A stretch of 64,000 nucleotides of DNA from Felis catus (taxonomy: Eukaryota): positions 100,628,001 through 100,692,000 of the forward strand of contig NC_058373.1 in assembly GCF_018350175.1 (NCBI RefSeq), given 5' to 3'. This document shows positions 1 to 11,921 of the stretch, one piece after another. Under the pieces are notes generated by a model. It was not told the DNA's origin, made no database searches, and saw nothing but the letters and a program-made list of their open reading frames with translations. Both the position numbers and the translations under genes were made by a program. Position 1 is the first letter of the stretch. The number at the start of each line of letters is the position of its first letter.

Positions 1-150
1 TTTTATATGTTGCATACAGAACTGATACTTGATATTTTTCTTTTTTAGAGTTTTTTTTTCAATAACAGGTTTATTGAAATATTATTCAAAAATTCATATA
101 CCACAAAGTTCATTTTTAAATAAAGTTGTACAATGCAGTGGTTTTTTGTA

Positions 151-1227
151 CATTTGATTATTCATGGAAACGTGCCCAGTGGCAAAAATTTGAATTGCTG
201 GACATGCACATCTCCAGCTGAGGTTGGACATCTCTCATACTAAAGACAAGTGGTCTATTTAATGCCATGGTTTTTGCATTTTTGTGCTTTTTTTTTTATT
301 TTATTTTTAAATTTTTTTTCAACGTTTTTATTTTATTTTTGGGACAGAGAGAGACAGAGCATGAACGGGGGAGGGGCAGAGAGAGAGGGAGACACAGAAT
401 CGGAAACAGGCTCCAGGCTCTGAGCCATCAGCCCAGAGCCTGACGCGGGGCTCGAACTCACGGACCTCGAGATCGTGACCTGGCTGAAGTCGGACGCTTA
501 ACCGACTGCGCCACCCAGGCGCCCCGCATTTTTGTGCTTTTTATTGGTGATGTTGCTCTGTAGAACGGCCCCAAGAACAGTGCTGAAATACTGGCCAGTG
601 TTCCCAAGCACTGGAAGGCTGTGATGTGCCTTACAAAGGAAATACGTATATTAGATAAGCTTTTCTTTCAGGCATGAGTTATAGTGCTGCTCTCTATGAG
701 TTCAATGTGAATGAAGCAACAGTGAAGTACATCCAGAAAAAAGAGGAGGAAATTTGCCAATCTGTTCATGAGGCTGCTTTGGAAAGTGCTAGAGTAACAT
801 CTACAGTGTGTGAAGAAGCTATGGAGAAGATGGAAAAGTGGCTAAATTTGTGAATTCTTGAGATGGTAATCAATCTCAAAGAGCATAAAGTATAGTGGAT
901 AGCATTGTTGTGAGACTGAAAGTCAAAAAAAATTTGCTGTCATATTACCCAAGGTGAGAAATGTTAAACTCTTCTTGATTAGTGTTTAATATAAAGAAAT
1001 ATTGCATACAATTAATTATAAGAAATACATATTAAGTAAGGTGTTTTTAGACAGAAATATGCATAAAACAAGGTTATGTATTGACTGCCTGATGAAAATG
1101 CTATGAACAGAAGCTTGTGGGAACCTAGTCTTATATTTCCCTCAGGAATAATGTCTTAGTATTTCACTACTTCACTGTTTACAGCAACTTTATAGAATAT
1201 AATTACATTGAAAATGAGAATCTATTG
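151..1227 (+). mobile_element. TcMar-Tigger DNA transposon (MER82/Tigger17-like) with a decayed transposase N-terminus
   Basis: Flanked by TA on both sides inside the L1M; degenerate terminal inverted repeats; ~565-855 reads with a frameshift as APKNSAEILASVPK..KAVMCLTKEIRILDKL..MSYSA..EFNVNEATVKYIQKKEEEI..AMEKMEKWLNL* (CENP-B-type HTH). Confidence 0.75.
293..525 (-). mobile_element. Young feline-type Can-SINE (SINEC_Fc-like)
   Basis: Head GGGGCGCCTGGGTGGCGCAGTCGGTTAAG on -, (CT)n, poly(A); TSD gcatttttgtgcttttt at 276 and 526. Confidence 0.97.
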
Positions 1228-1960
1228 TATATATTCACAAAATTATGCCTCAAACACCACTATCTAATTCCAGAACATTTTCATCATCCCCAAAAGAAAT
1301 CCCATACCCATTAGCAGTTATTCCCCACTTCCCCTTTACCCCCAGCTCCTTGAAACCACTAATCTACTTTCTGTCTCTGTGGATTTGCCTATTCTGGACA
1401 TTTCATGTAAACAGAATCATATGATATGTGGCCTTTTGTGTCTTGGTTCTTTCACTTAGCATAATGTTTTCAAGGTTCATTCGTGTTTTCCAAAGTGGCT
1501 GCACCATTTTTCAATCTCACCAGCAATGTATGAGGATTCCACTTTCTCTACATTCTTGCCAATGCTTGTTACTGTTGTCTTTTTTATTTTGGCCATCACA
1601 GTGGGTATAAAATGATATTTCTTTGTGGTTTTGACTTATATTTCCCTGATGACTAATAATGTTTAATTAACCTTTTCATATACTTATGGACAATTTGTAA
1701 ATCTTTGGAAAGGTATCTATTCAAATCCTTTCCCCACTTAAAAAATTGGAATATTTGTTGACTGTAAGACTTCTTTATATATTTTGGATACAAATCCCTT
1801 GAAAGATAAATGATTCGCAAGTATTTTTCTCCATTCTGGGGGCGGTTTTTTATGTTTTGATGGCTGAATAGACTTTTGATGTAGAGACTTTTGATTTTGA
1901 TTTTGCATAGGTGTCTACTTTTCAGGTGATGGGGCAACATTGGCAATTACTTTCTATGTA

Positions 1961-2143
1961 GCCATGTGAAGACACAGGGAGAAAACAGCTATCTACAAAC
2001 CAAGAAGACAGGCCTCCAATGGAACTAATCCTGATGATACTTTGATCTCAGACTTTTAGTCTCCAGAAATGTGAGAAAATACATTGCTGTTAAGTCATCC
2101 AATCTGTGGTACTTGGTTATGTCAGCCTTAGCAAACTGATACA
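1961..2143 (+). mobile_element. MaLR LTR 3' half (MLT1-like)
   Basis: 'gccatgtgaagacacagggagaa...gatctcagacttttagtctccagaaatgtgagaaaatac...gcaaactgataca'. Confidence 0.8.
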
Positions 2144-2562
2144 GCTAATGTTGCTATAGAGATGATGTTTTTAGGTATCAACATTCCCCCTGTGTCTGAG
2201 AAGTGGTATTATTAAGGGCTTTGAATGTATTCTTATTTAGGTGCCAACATCTACTAAATTAAAATATGTCATTAAGACAGGTCCAGAGGAATTGCTGACT
2301 GGACATTCTGCTAAAAGGATTGCTATATATGATTCTAAGCAACAAGCTCTTTTAAATTAGCATGCAAATGTAACTTTTTACCAACTGGCTTATCCTAAAT
2401 TAAAGTAAGCTAAGGCGGTTTTGTTTTGCTAGTTTAACAATTCAGGGATTTTTATTCTTATGCTCAAAAGTTCTTTCTTCTTTCTCCTCTAGAGAAAACA
2501 CTGTATCCTTGAGAATACACTTATATTGCATTGACTATTGACTCATTGACTATGAGCCATAC

Positions 2563-2860
2563 TGTAGTCTGAATATTTGTGTCCGTGACCCCCTCCCAAA
2601 TTCATATGTTGAAATTCTTTTATTTATTTATTTATTTTTAATTTTTGAGACAGAGAAAGACAGAGCATGAATGGGGGAGGGGCAGAGAGAGAGAGGGAGA
2701 CACAGAATCGGAAGCAGGCTCCAGACTCTGAGCTGTCAGTACAGAGTCCGACGCGGGGCTTGAACTCACAAACCACAAGATCTTGACCTGAGCCGAAGTC
2801 GGGCGCTCAACTGACTGAGCCACCCAGGCGCTCCCATATGTTGAAATTCTAACCCCTACA
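2563..2860 (+). mobile_element. MaLR LTR 5' fragment (MLT1-like), split by a SINE
   Basis: 'tgtagtctgaatatttgtgtcc...cccaaattcatatgttgaaattctaacccc'. Confidence 0.65.
2619..2834 (-). mobile_element. Can-SINE
   Basis: Full SINE body; TSD catatgttgaaattct at 2603 and 2835. Confidence 0.97.
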
Positions 2861-3779
2861 CAATCAGGGCATTTTTCTTTGTGCAAAGGTGATTCTTAAG
2901 ATTATTACTGTCCCTCCTCCTCTGCCTCTTTGGAATCTGAGGTGGTCCCTCCTAAGGGCCAAGGTATTGTTTGCCCTCCAGTCAACAAAATCAATATGAA
3001 CCATTCTAGTAGTTATAAGTTTACTGTCCACCTCCCCTAGTCATCCCCTACTGCATCCACACACTTTGTCAGGAAGGGTCAGTTATAAGATGGACAATGA
3101 ATTTTTATAAAAGTCAGAGATATCTGTATATCCCCTACTCTGACCCATGCAGGCCACTGTACAAGGACTTAGTGAGCAGTGTATTTAATAAAGTGGTTAT
3201 TATCCTTATAATGTAGGACTATGCTCATGCAACAAAGGAATCCAGGTAACTAAACTAGAATAAGATTGCGTGCCCTAGGCCCTCTTTTGGGAGGGCTGCT
3301 CCCTGGGAGATGTACAAATCAGGCTAGCCTGGGGTTGGCAGTAGGGAAAGAAAGAAGTATGCCCAGCAATTGGGTTGATTCCTAGCTTTTCAAAAGAGGT
3401 TGCTATAAACACATACCCCTTTCATCCTGATCATTAAGGAGCAGCTGAAAGATGATCTTTTCTGGAGACAGCCAGATTCACTGACCAGGAGGAGGTGAGG
3501 AAGGTAGTCAGACTCTGAGTTGATTTTTATGGAGGTTGTTCCAGCCTCAACAAAGGCAGATTCCTGTGCATGGTAGGAAGAGTGGAAAGTCCTTCAAATA
3601 ACTGTACTGTGTGGCTTTGGTGAAAAGGCACACTGTGGTCCAAAAAGCTAAAACCATTACATAGATTAGTTTCAAGGATCACAATGGTATGGCCCAAGTC
3701 AGTTGGTCTAACTGGAAACGTAGCTGACCATTGGTAGACTCTCATGGGTTTGTATCAATTTAAGCTGAGGGCCTACTAA

Positions 3780-3930
3780 TTTTTATTTACTTTTTTTTAA
3801 AGTTTATTTATTTATTTTTGAGAGAGAATGAGAGCTTGAGCGGGGGAGGGGCAGAGAGAGAGAAGGAGAGAGAAAGAGAGAAGAGAGAGGATCCCAAGCA
3901 GGTTCTGCACTAACAGCGCACAGTAACAGC
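3780..3930 (-). mobile_element. 5'-truncated Can-SINE
   Basis: Poly(T), (GA)n, 'atcccaagcaggttctgcact'; short TSD ctaatttt. Confidence 0.85.
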
Positions 3931-3965
3931 CGCCTAATTTTTTTCTATAAAATGTCAGGTAGAAG

Positions 3966-4172
3966 GGGCACCTGGGTGGTGCAGTTGGTTAAGTGCCTGA
4001 CTCTTGATCTCGGCTCAGGTCATGATCTCACAGTTGGGGAGTTTGAGCCCCGCGTGGGGCTCTGCACTGATGGTGTTGAGCCTGCTTGGGATTCTGTCTC
4101 TCCTTCTCTCTGCCCCTCCCCCGCCTGTGCTCACTCGTTCTCGCTTTCTCTCTCTCAAAATAAATAAGTAAA
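3966..4172 (+). mobile_element. Can-SINE
   Basis: ggggcacctgggtggtgcagttggttaag...(CT)n...aaaataaataag. Confidence 0.95.
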
Positions 4173-6239
4173 ACTAGAAAGGTCAGTATGTAATATTTAC
4201 ATACTTGTGAGCCATGCAGTCTCTGTTGTCACTACTCAACTCTGCCACTGGCCTGCTAAAACAGCCATAGACAGTATGTAAATAAGTAGACAAGGCTGTG
4301 TTCTAATAAAACTTTATTTACATAAATAGCTAGTGAGTTGGATATGGCCCAAGGGCCATGGTTTGCCCACCCCAGTCTAAGCTTAAGTAAGTTCATACCT
4401 TCTTTGAGCCAAATTCCTACTTCTTATATATATTTATTCTATACCACAACCTTTGTATTTATCTTTCTAAGTGCATAACTTCACCTGTAATAATTTAAAA
4501 TTACGTGGCTACTTTAGGGACCTTTTGATATGGACAAAATTGTTCACTTGAGAAATCCCTTAGAATAAAAGGAGGACAAAATTGAAAACATCTGATACTC
4601 TAATTTTTTGATTGGTATGACGAGGCACCATAAAAAATTCAGATTCCAAAACTGCTTCCTGAGAGGATTGCTTGGTCAAGAAATAAAACAAAACTGTGAA
4701 AAATGTACATTAATCTCCCCAAATTACAACCTAATAGCCTTTATACTACTCTTCTTGTTCCTCTATATTCTTTTGCCCCCACATCTTCTGACAGGCTCCC
4801 CTTTCTCTTGGCCAGCCAGAAATCCCCAGATATCAGTTAGCTCTTAACTTAGAAGGAAAAATCACTTGTGGTTGATTTTATTCTTGTCTCATTCTGAGAT
4901 GGCTCTCTGAGATGAGAGCCATTTTAAAGACTTTCAAAAGCCTAGGTAAAATAGAAATTTGCAAAGAAATTTAGATTATCGTTGGAATGTATAATAGGTC
5001 ATATGTTAGAAGAAATCTTGGGTACAAAATAACTGTATGGAAAATGTAGAAGTGGAAAACACTAGAGTAACTTAAAAGATGCTGATTGCACAGGAAACAA
5101 GAGGAATTTATAAAAGTTGTAGATGTTGTACCAGTTATTTCAGAAGCTATCCTAAAATCTTCCCTATGAAAATAGATTAGGCTCTGTTCAGTCCTGTAAG
5201 CAAAGAAAGGATGAGTCCAATTGGAGATGTCAGGGATCAGCTCTTTAATTCTTTAGACAGCATTCAGGAGTGGAACCCAAAGCAGCTGTGAACCCGGGTT
5301 CTCTCCTAACTTTTTACAAATGGCCTTAAGACAGAAATAGGGGTTTTAATATGCAACGAGAACAATGGGAACTAGATGTATTGTCAGATCTCCAACCCCT
5401 TCTAAACATATTGAAAGGAGTCCTAAAAACAGAGTAAGACTCAGAGTAACTTGATAGCCTTACAGATAAAACAACTAAATGCACTTACCCCGGTCCTTAA
5501 CCACTGGCAGAGGGGGTCTTTTTATAAAAGACACTTGCGGTTTCAAGAAACAGAAAAGGCATTGGAAAAACAACGATCTATGTTAATAAAAGAGAAAACA
5601 ATGAAGGGAGTGATCAAAGAAGGTGCTCCAAGGGAGACTCAAAACAGCCCAATTTTTTGCTTGAACCCACAAGGAGAAATTTCTTTAAAAACAAACACTA
5701 CGTTCTCAACTGTAAACCCTACCATTATTGTACAATTGCTTCCCCGTGGTCAACAAACTGCTCAGTTTGTGAGCATCTCCAATAATTCTCAGACATTCTC
5801 CATGGCTCAGACCTTAACTGTCACCCTGGGACCTTTAATCCCAGCATATTCTTTCCTTCCATGACACTCTACTCACTAACTTAATAAAGAGGAATTTACT
5901 TTGCAAATGAAATTGCCAGCTTAAATGCTCTCTCAATGGTCTCTTCCTTGAAATCTGTAGAGATCCCAATTCATAATGAAGTCATAACTAATTTAGATAC
6001 TGACTTGCAGGTATTCCCAAGCCTAAATCAAGCCAAAATTGAAAGTATCAGAGTGCCAGCCAAAAAAACATACTGATGTAGGCAGGATTACTGGGGTTGA
6101 ACCCATCAAAGTTCTAAACCTCTACACAAACTTGTACAATATTCTTTAAAACCAGAAGCTAAAGAAAGACTAAAACCTAAAGTTGAGAGCCTGATAAAGG
6201 ACTCATTATCCTTTGTTACTGTCCTTGTAATACTCCTTC

Positions 6240-6666
6240 TTTTTAAAAAAATGTTTGTTTGTTTGTTTATTTATTTATAACATTTATTTATTTTTGAGAC
6301 AGAGAGAGAGCATGAACAGGGGAGGGTCAGAGAGAGGGAGACACAGAAACAGAAGCAGGCTCCAGGCTCTGAGCTGTCAGTACAGATCCCGACGCGGGGC
6401 TCGAACTCACAGCCCTCACGGACCGCGAGATCATGACCTGAGCTGAAGTCGGCCGCCCAACCGACTGAGCCACCCAGGCGCCCCTATTTATTTATTTTGA
6501 GAGAGAGAGATTGGAAGGGACAGAGAGAGGGAGAGACAGAATTGAAGCAGGCTCCATGCTGTCAGTGCAGAGCCTGACGCAAGCCTTGATCTCACAACTG
6601 TGAGATCATGACCTGAGCAGAGATGAAGAATCAGATGCTCAAGTGACTAAACTACCCAGACGCCCC
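6240..6666 (-). mobile_element. Two Can-SINEs, a younger copy (~6270-6484) inserted in the A-tail of an older one
   Basis: Two consecutive antisense SINE bodies, each ending in cgcccc; outer TSD-like actcc..tctt at 6232 and 6667. Confidence 0.93.
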
Positions 6667-6749
6667 ACTCCCATCTTCTTAGTAAGAACACCTGGTGGGC
6701 AGGGATATAAATTCATTCAAGACCTTAAGACCATACGTAAGAATCATTC

Positions 6750-7491
6750 TGTATTATCCTGTTATTGTGATACCAACTGGTGTGCTGTAATACAATTCAG
6801 TTCTGACATTAACTTCTCAGAATTAGTATAAGATTCCACAGGCTTAAAGGCGTAGTCTACAACTACTCCACTTCAGAAACCAGCTGCAAGTGAGGTTCTC
6901 AGGCTACCTGTACTTCTGACCAACTGGCTACAAATCCAGGGGGTTCCCATGACTCCCCTTGGGTTTAATAATTCACTAGGATGACTCACAGAACTCAGAA
7001 AAGTGTTATACTTACAATTATAGTTTTATTATAAAAGATATACATTAGGACCAGCCAAATGAAGAGATATAGGATGAGATCTGGGAGGGTCCCAAAAGCA
7101 GAGTTTCCATGATTTTCCCTATGGAATCAGGGCACCTTACCTTCCTGGTATGCTGATGTGTTCACTAACCAGGAAGCTAGAGTTTTTATTGGAGTTTCAT
7201 TGCAGAGCTGCATTTGATTGAATCATTGGCCATGTGATTGAACTCAGTCTCCAGACCTTCTCCCCTCCCCTGAGGTCAGGCTAGCTGAAATCACCAACCA
7301 TCTAATCACATGGCTGGTCTTTCTGGTGACCAGACCCTATCTTGAGTCATCTTACTTTTTACCATAAACTCAGGTGTGATTCAAGGGCTCATAAATAACA
7401 AAGAATCTCCTATCACTCAGAAAATTCCAAGGGTTTAGTGTCTCTCTCCTAGGAGTCAGGGATAAAGCCCAGTAAAGTTCTTTATTATACA
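6750..7491 (-). mobile_element. ERVL-type LTR (MER21-like)
   Basis: Starts TGTATAATAAAGAACTTT on -; contains 'caattcagttctgacattaac', 'cttctgaccaactggctacaaat', 'gactcacagaactcagaaaag'. Confidence 0.75.
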
Positions 7492-7856
7492 GTTGGCCAC
7501 CTTGTGGCCTTTGGCCATTATTCTTTTTGTATGCATAACATTTGGAGCAGCCAGTGTGGGGTAGGGATAGAAGGATGTTAACTTCATCTCCCAATATATT
7601 TGACTATCAATATCAGTATTATAATCAGTGTTATAATCTTATCAACAATGTCAGTATACAGTATGGTAAATGTAACCTGAAAAATAAGTTAAAAGATACT
7701 GATTGGTACATTAGCAGACTCCCATTTAGTTATTAATAATTAGTCCACCATCGTATCATATGACCAAAACTCCCAGGGTGAGATCACCCAGGTTTGCAGG
7801 ATTTCATTTGATCTCAGCAGTTTCCCAAAGCAAGAGTGATTTCAACAGCACATGTG

Positions 7857-7896
<40 letters not shown>

Positions 7897-8055
7897 AATA
7901 TTATTCAGCCACAAAAAAGAATGAAGTCATGCCATTTGCAGTGACATGAATGGAGCTAGAATATATTATGCTAAGCAAAACAGTCAGTCAAAAACAAATG
8001 CCATATGATTTCACTCATATGTGGAATTTAAGACACAAGACAAAGGGCAAAGGGG

Positions 8056-8146
<91 letters not shown>

Positions 8147-8712
8147 AAGAAACAGACTCTTAATTATAGAGAACAAACTGATGGCTACCAGAAGGGAGTT
8201 GGGTGGGTAAAGTACGTGATGGGAATGAAGGAGTACACTTGTGATGATGAGCACCAGGTGATGTATAGAAGTGTTGAATCATTATAATGTACACCTGACA
8301 CTAATATAACACTGTAAGTTAACTAACTGGAATTAAAACAAAAACTTAAAAAAAAAAGAGTGGTCTCAACAATATATGATTTGATCTTTTCAGGTATCTG
8401 GCTGGTACGGTTGAGCTGAGAGACAATTTCAGTTCTTGTTCTGAGCCTCTTTTGAAGTGTTAATGTCATATTTTGTTTCCCTTTTTGCATTACCTATTTA
8501 TTAATTCCTTTAGTTTCAGCTATGATTCCTCCTCTCCTTCCACCTTTGGAAGGGAAGTTAGGTTAGGCCACTGTGCTGGTCCATCAGCAATATTAATCTA
8601 TCAAACGCCTCCCAGTAGTCCACACCCAATCATATAGGGTATGATTACATAGGTACAGAACCAGTGGGTTATTTCTACAACTGGGCAATATAGCTTCATT
8701 CAAAGGCCAGGC
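7492..8712 (-). mobile_element. Probable internal sequence belonging to the MER21-like LTR, split by an L1 fragment
   Basis: Lies inside the gap in ERV1 pol; GGCCACAAGGTGGCCAAC immediately precedes the LTR TG on -, resembling an ERVL polypurine tract. Confidence 0.45.
7848..8357 (+). mobile_element. 5'-truncated carnivore L1 3' end containing (CA)n and (GA)n tracts
   Basis: 'ggaatattattcagccacaaaaaagaatgaa...gatgagcaccaggtgatgtatagaagtgttgaatc...' then poly(A); degenerate TSD aagagtgatttcaaca / aagagtggtctcaaca. Confidence 0.9.
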
Positions 8713-9960
8713 AAATATTTTGTTATACAGAACCTGTAGTAGCAAATCCAAATACTATTTCATCTTTGCTGCCTCTGAGGCTGTATATTTTGTAGTTCTA
8801 GTTTTGTGTTCTGCTTTCTTTAGTGTCCTGTTAGATCAAAATAATCAGTACTTGTTTGCTTTCTCCTGGGAAAATCAATAACATACCTAACTTGTCAGGC
8901 CACAAGGGCTTTTGAGGTACCCTCTTACATTACACAAGTCCTCAACCAGGGCTTGGGATTCTATTCTCATGTAAATGTGAATGACCTTTCTGTTGTGTTC
9001 CAAGGTTGAGGTAAGCTCTACAGCTAATCCTTCTGTCAACTTATTGTTGTAGTCTAGAAAGAGGTAAGATTTCCAAAGAGAAATAACAATTTGGTTATTA
9101 GCCAGGACATGGTTTGTCCAGAGGTAAATTCCTTACTTTTATAGACTACAAACTATTAAAAAATTTCCCCAGACTAGTAATATGAGACAGTTAAGAAGAT
9201 TCCTGGATTTTGCTGGCTACTGAAATTGTCATGCCATCATATGACTTAACTAACTCATGGGTAACCACTTTCCTGTGAAGCTAAACATTAACAGGCCAGG
9301 TTTATCTATTTATAAATCTTTCTACCTTTTTTACTTGAGAGATCTGGACAAGCCCTAGGTATTCTGACTCACCTCGTTGGAATTCATGAAACACCAATAG
9401 CTTACTACAGTCTCTTGACTCAGTGACAAAACCTATTGGCTTTGTCTAAGAGCACTAACTGCAGCAGCTAAACTAGTGGAGATTTCTGTTGACTTGATTT
9501 TAGGTCTCCTTAAGCCTCGTGGTCCCTCACATTGTATAATCTTTTTTTGCACACTGAAAACACGCGACATTCTCAGCAAGAAGGTTTACCTCTTATGAAA
9601 CCCTATTATGTTCTCCCATTCATCATTGTGGTCCTTTCAATTCTGCTCTTCTTCCATTATCTGAAGAAGGAGAAACTCACAATTGTTCCACTTCTGTTTG
9701 TAAACCATCTGAGCCCCAAACTGATTTACTAAAATCCCTTTAGAAAATTCAGACTTAGTCTAATTCGTTGACAAGTTATACCTTAAAACTGAAACAGGAA
9801 AATATCAGGTGGCATACACTATAGCAGGTCTCACTTCACCTCTGAAATATGACCAATCTTTCTGGTCAGTAGCCAGTGGAAGTTCATGGAGAAGACCCTG
9901 TGAGTAGATAAAAACTACATTTGCAACTGCTGCTCCTAGGGTTCTTCCTCTCACAGGAGC

Positions 9961-10721
9961 CCAATAAGGGGTTAATTTTCAAAATATGTAAGGATTTATA
10001 CAACTCAACACCAAAAAGCCCCCAGACAATCTGATTAAAAAATGGGCAGAGGACATGAATAGACATTTCTCCAAAAAGATACAAAGATGGGCAACAGACA
10101 CATGAAAAGATGTTCAACCTCGCTAATCATCAGGGAAAAATGCAAATCAAAACCACAATGAAGTATCACCTTACATCTGCTGAAATGGCTAATATAAAAG
10201 ACAAGAAATAACAAGTGTTTGCGAGGATGTGAAGAAAAAGGAACCCTTATACACTAGTGATGGGAATATAAATTGGTGCAACCACTGTGGAAAACAGTAT
10301 GGAGGTGCCTCAAAAATTAAAAATAGAAATACCACATGATCCAGTAATCCCACCCACTATTGGATAGTCACCCAAAGAAAACAAAAACACTAATTTAGAA
10401 AGATATTTGCACCTCTATGTTTATTGAAGCATTATTTACAATAGCCTAGATATGGAAGCAGCCTAAATGCCCATCAATAGGCAAATGGATAAGAAGATGT
10501 GGTATATATACACTATGGATTATTACACAGCCATAAAAAGGATGATTTGTGCCTTTGAGACAACATGGATGGACCTGGGGGGTATTATGCTATGTGAAAT
10601 AAGTCATATTGAGAAAGATAAATACCATATTATTTCATTCATAAGTAAAATCTAGAAAAAAACTAAACAAAAACCAGAATCAGACCTGTAAATACAAAGA
10701 ACAAACCGATGGTTGCCAGAG
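9961..10721 (+). mobile_element. L1 ORF2 C-terminus and partial 3'UTR, without poly(A)
   Basis: 'aaaaaatgggcagaggacatgaatagacatttctcc', 'gcaaatcaaaaccacaatga', ORF 10467-10655 MDKKMWYIYTMDYYTAIK. Confidence 0.92.
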
Positions 10722-11699
10722 GTTCTTTTTATGTTTTGGATATTAATCCCTTATTGGATATATTTGCAAATATCTTCTTACATTCACTAGATTGCCTTTT
10801 CATTTTATTGATGGCTTCATACATTCATACATTTATTGATGTACAAAAGCATTTTATTTTGATGTAGTCCCAATTGTTTACTTTTGCTTTTGTCTCCCTT
10901 GCCTTGGGGGACATGTCTAGAAAAATGTTTCTATGGGTGATGTTGGAGAAATTACTGCCTATGTTCTCTTCTAGGATTTTAATAGTTTCAGGTCTTACAT
11001 TTAGGCCTTTAATCCATTTTGAGTTTATTTTTGTGCATGGTGTTAAAAGGTGGTCCAGTTTCATTCTTTTGCATATAGCTATCCAGTTTCCCAGCACCAC
11101 TTATTGAAGAGACTGTATTTTCCCATATTATATTCTTGCCTTTTTGTCATAGATTAATTGACTGTATAATCTTGGGTTTATTTCTGGGCTCTCTATTCTG
11201 TTCTTTTAATCCATGTGTCTATTTTTGTGCCAGTATCATGCCATTTTGATTACTACAGCTTTGTGGTATACCTTGAAATTTGGAATAATGATACCTCCAG
11301 CTTTGTTTTCCTTTCTCAAGATTGCTTTGACTATTCTGGGTCTTGTGTGGTTCCGTATAAATTTTAGTATCATTTGTTCTAGTTTTGTGAAAAATGCTGT
11401 TGGTATTTTCATGGGAATTGTATTGAATCTGTAGATTTCTTTGGCTAATACGAACATTTTAACAATATAAATGCTTCCAGTCCATGAGCATTAAATTTCT
11501 TTCCATTTGTTTATGTCATCTTCAGTTTCTTTCATCAGAATTTTGTAGTTTTCAGAGTATGTCTTTTTCCTCCTTAAGTTTAGTCCTAAGTATTTTATTC
11601 TTTTTGGTGAAATTGTAAATGGTATTATTTTCTTAATTTCTCTCTCTGCTACTTCATTATTAGTGTAGAGAAGTGCTATCAATTTCTGGGTATTAATTT

Positions 11700-11921
11700 T
11701 TTTTTTAATTTTTTTTCAACGGTTTTATTTATTTTTGGGACAGAGAGAGACAGAGCATGAACGGGGGAGGGGCAGAGAGAGAGGGAGACACAGAATCGGA
11801 AACAGGCTCCAGGCTCTGAGCCATCAGCCCAGAGCCTGACGCGGGGCTCGAACTCCCGGACCGCGAGATCGTGACCTGGCTGAAGTCGGACGCTTAACCG
11901 ACTGCGCCACCCAGGCGCCCC
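11700..11921 (-). mobile_element. Young feline-type Can-SINE inside L1
   Basis: CpG-rich intact body; TSD tctgggtattaatttt at 11685 and 11923. Confidence 0.97.

Larger units (their letters stand above)
60..1915 (-). mobile_element. Old L1M (L1MB/MC-like) 3' fragment, interrupted by a Tigger element at 151-1227
   Basis: Antisense L1 3'UTR text 'gtacaatgcagtggttttttgta' resumes after the insert as 'tatattcacaaa...ccactatctaattccagaacattttcatc'; 1480-1900 resembles the ORF2 C-terminus antisense. Confidence 0.75.
3767..4375 (+). mobile_element. hAT-Charlie MER58A-like element, interrupted by two SINEs
   Basis: Body 'gtctctgttgtcactactcaactctgcc...ctaataaaactttatttac...gtttgcccaccccag'; 8-bp TSD tttaagct (3759) / tctaagct (4376). 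Confidence 0.85.
3744..5620 (+). pseudogene. gag: Decayed ERV1 gag
   Basis: Putative start ATG GGT TTG TAT CAA T(T/C)T AAG (MGxxQSK-like) at 3744; matrix-like WLL*GPFDMDKIVHLRNPLE at 4506; major-homology-like VQSCKQRKDES at 5186; degenerate zinc knuckle TCGFKKQKRHWK at ~5533; many stops and frameshifts. Confidence 0.75.
5620..9860 (+). pseudogene. pol: Decayed ERV1 pro-pol (protease, RT, connection, start of RNase H), interrupted at ~6240-6666 and ~6750-8712
   Basis: ORF 5451-5864 ends in protease-like LNPQGEI..STVNPT..VTLGPL (active-site DTG deleted); DVGRITGVEPIKV at ~6076; CPCNTP [SINEs] TPIFLVRTPGGQGYKFIQDLKTI; LCSAFFSVLLDQNNQYLFAFSW at ~8804; NVND (decayed YVDD) at 8974; RQLRRFLDFAGY at ~9185; ALGILT..PIAYYS..CLRALTAAAKLV; PLENSDLV*FVD at ~9735. 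Confidence 0.9.

Noticed and set aside
2860..3743. 5' LTR or primer-binding site of the ERV1 provirus
   Set aside because: No visible similarity to the 17561-18073 LTR and no clear tRNA-complementary site; it may be leader sequence but I cannot support that
5451..5864. 137-aa ORF as a possible intact gene
   Set aside because: Chance open stretch across the decayed gag/pro junction; the protease active site is deleted
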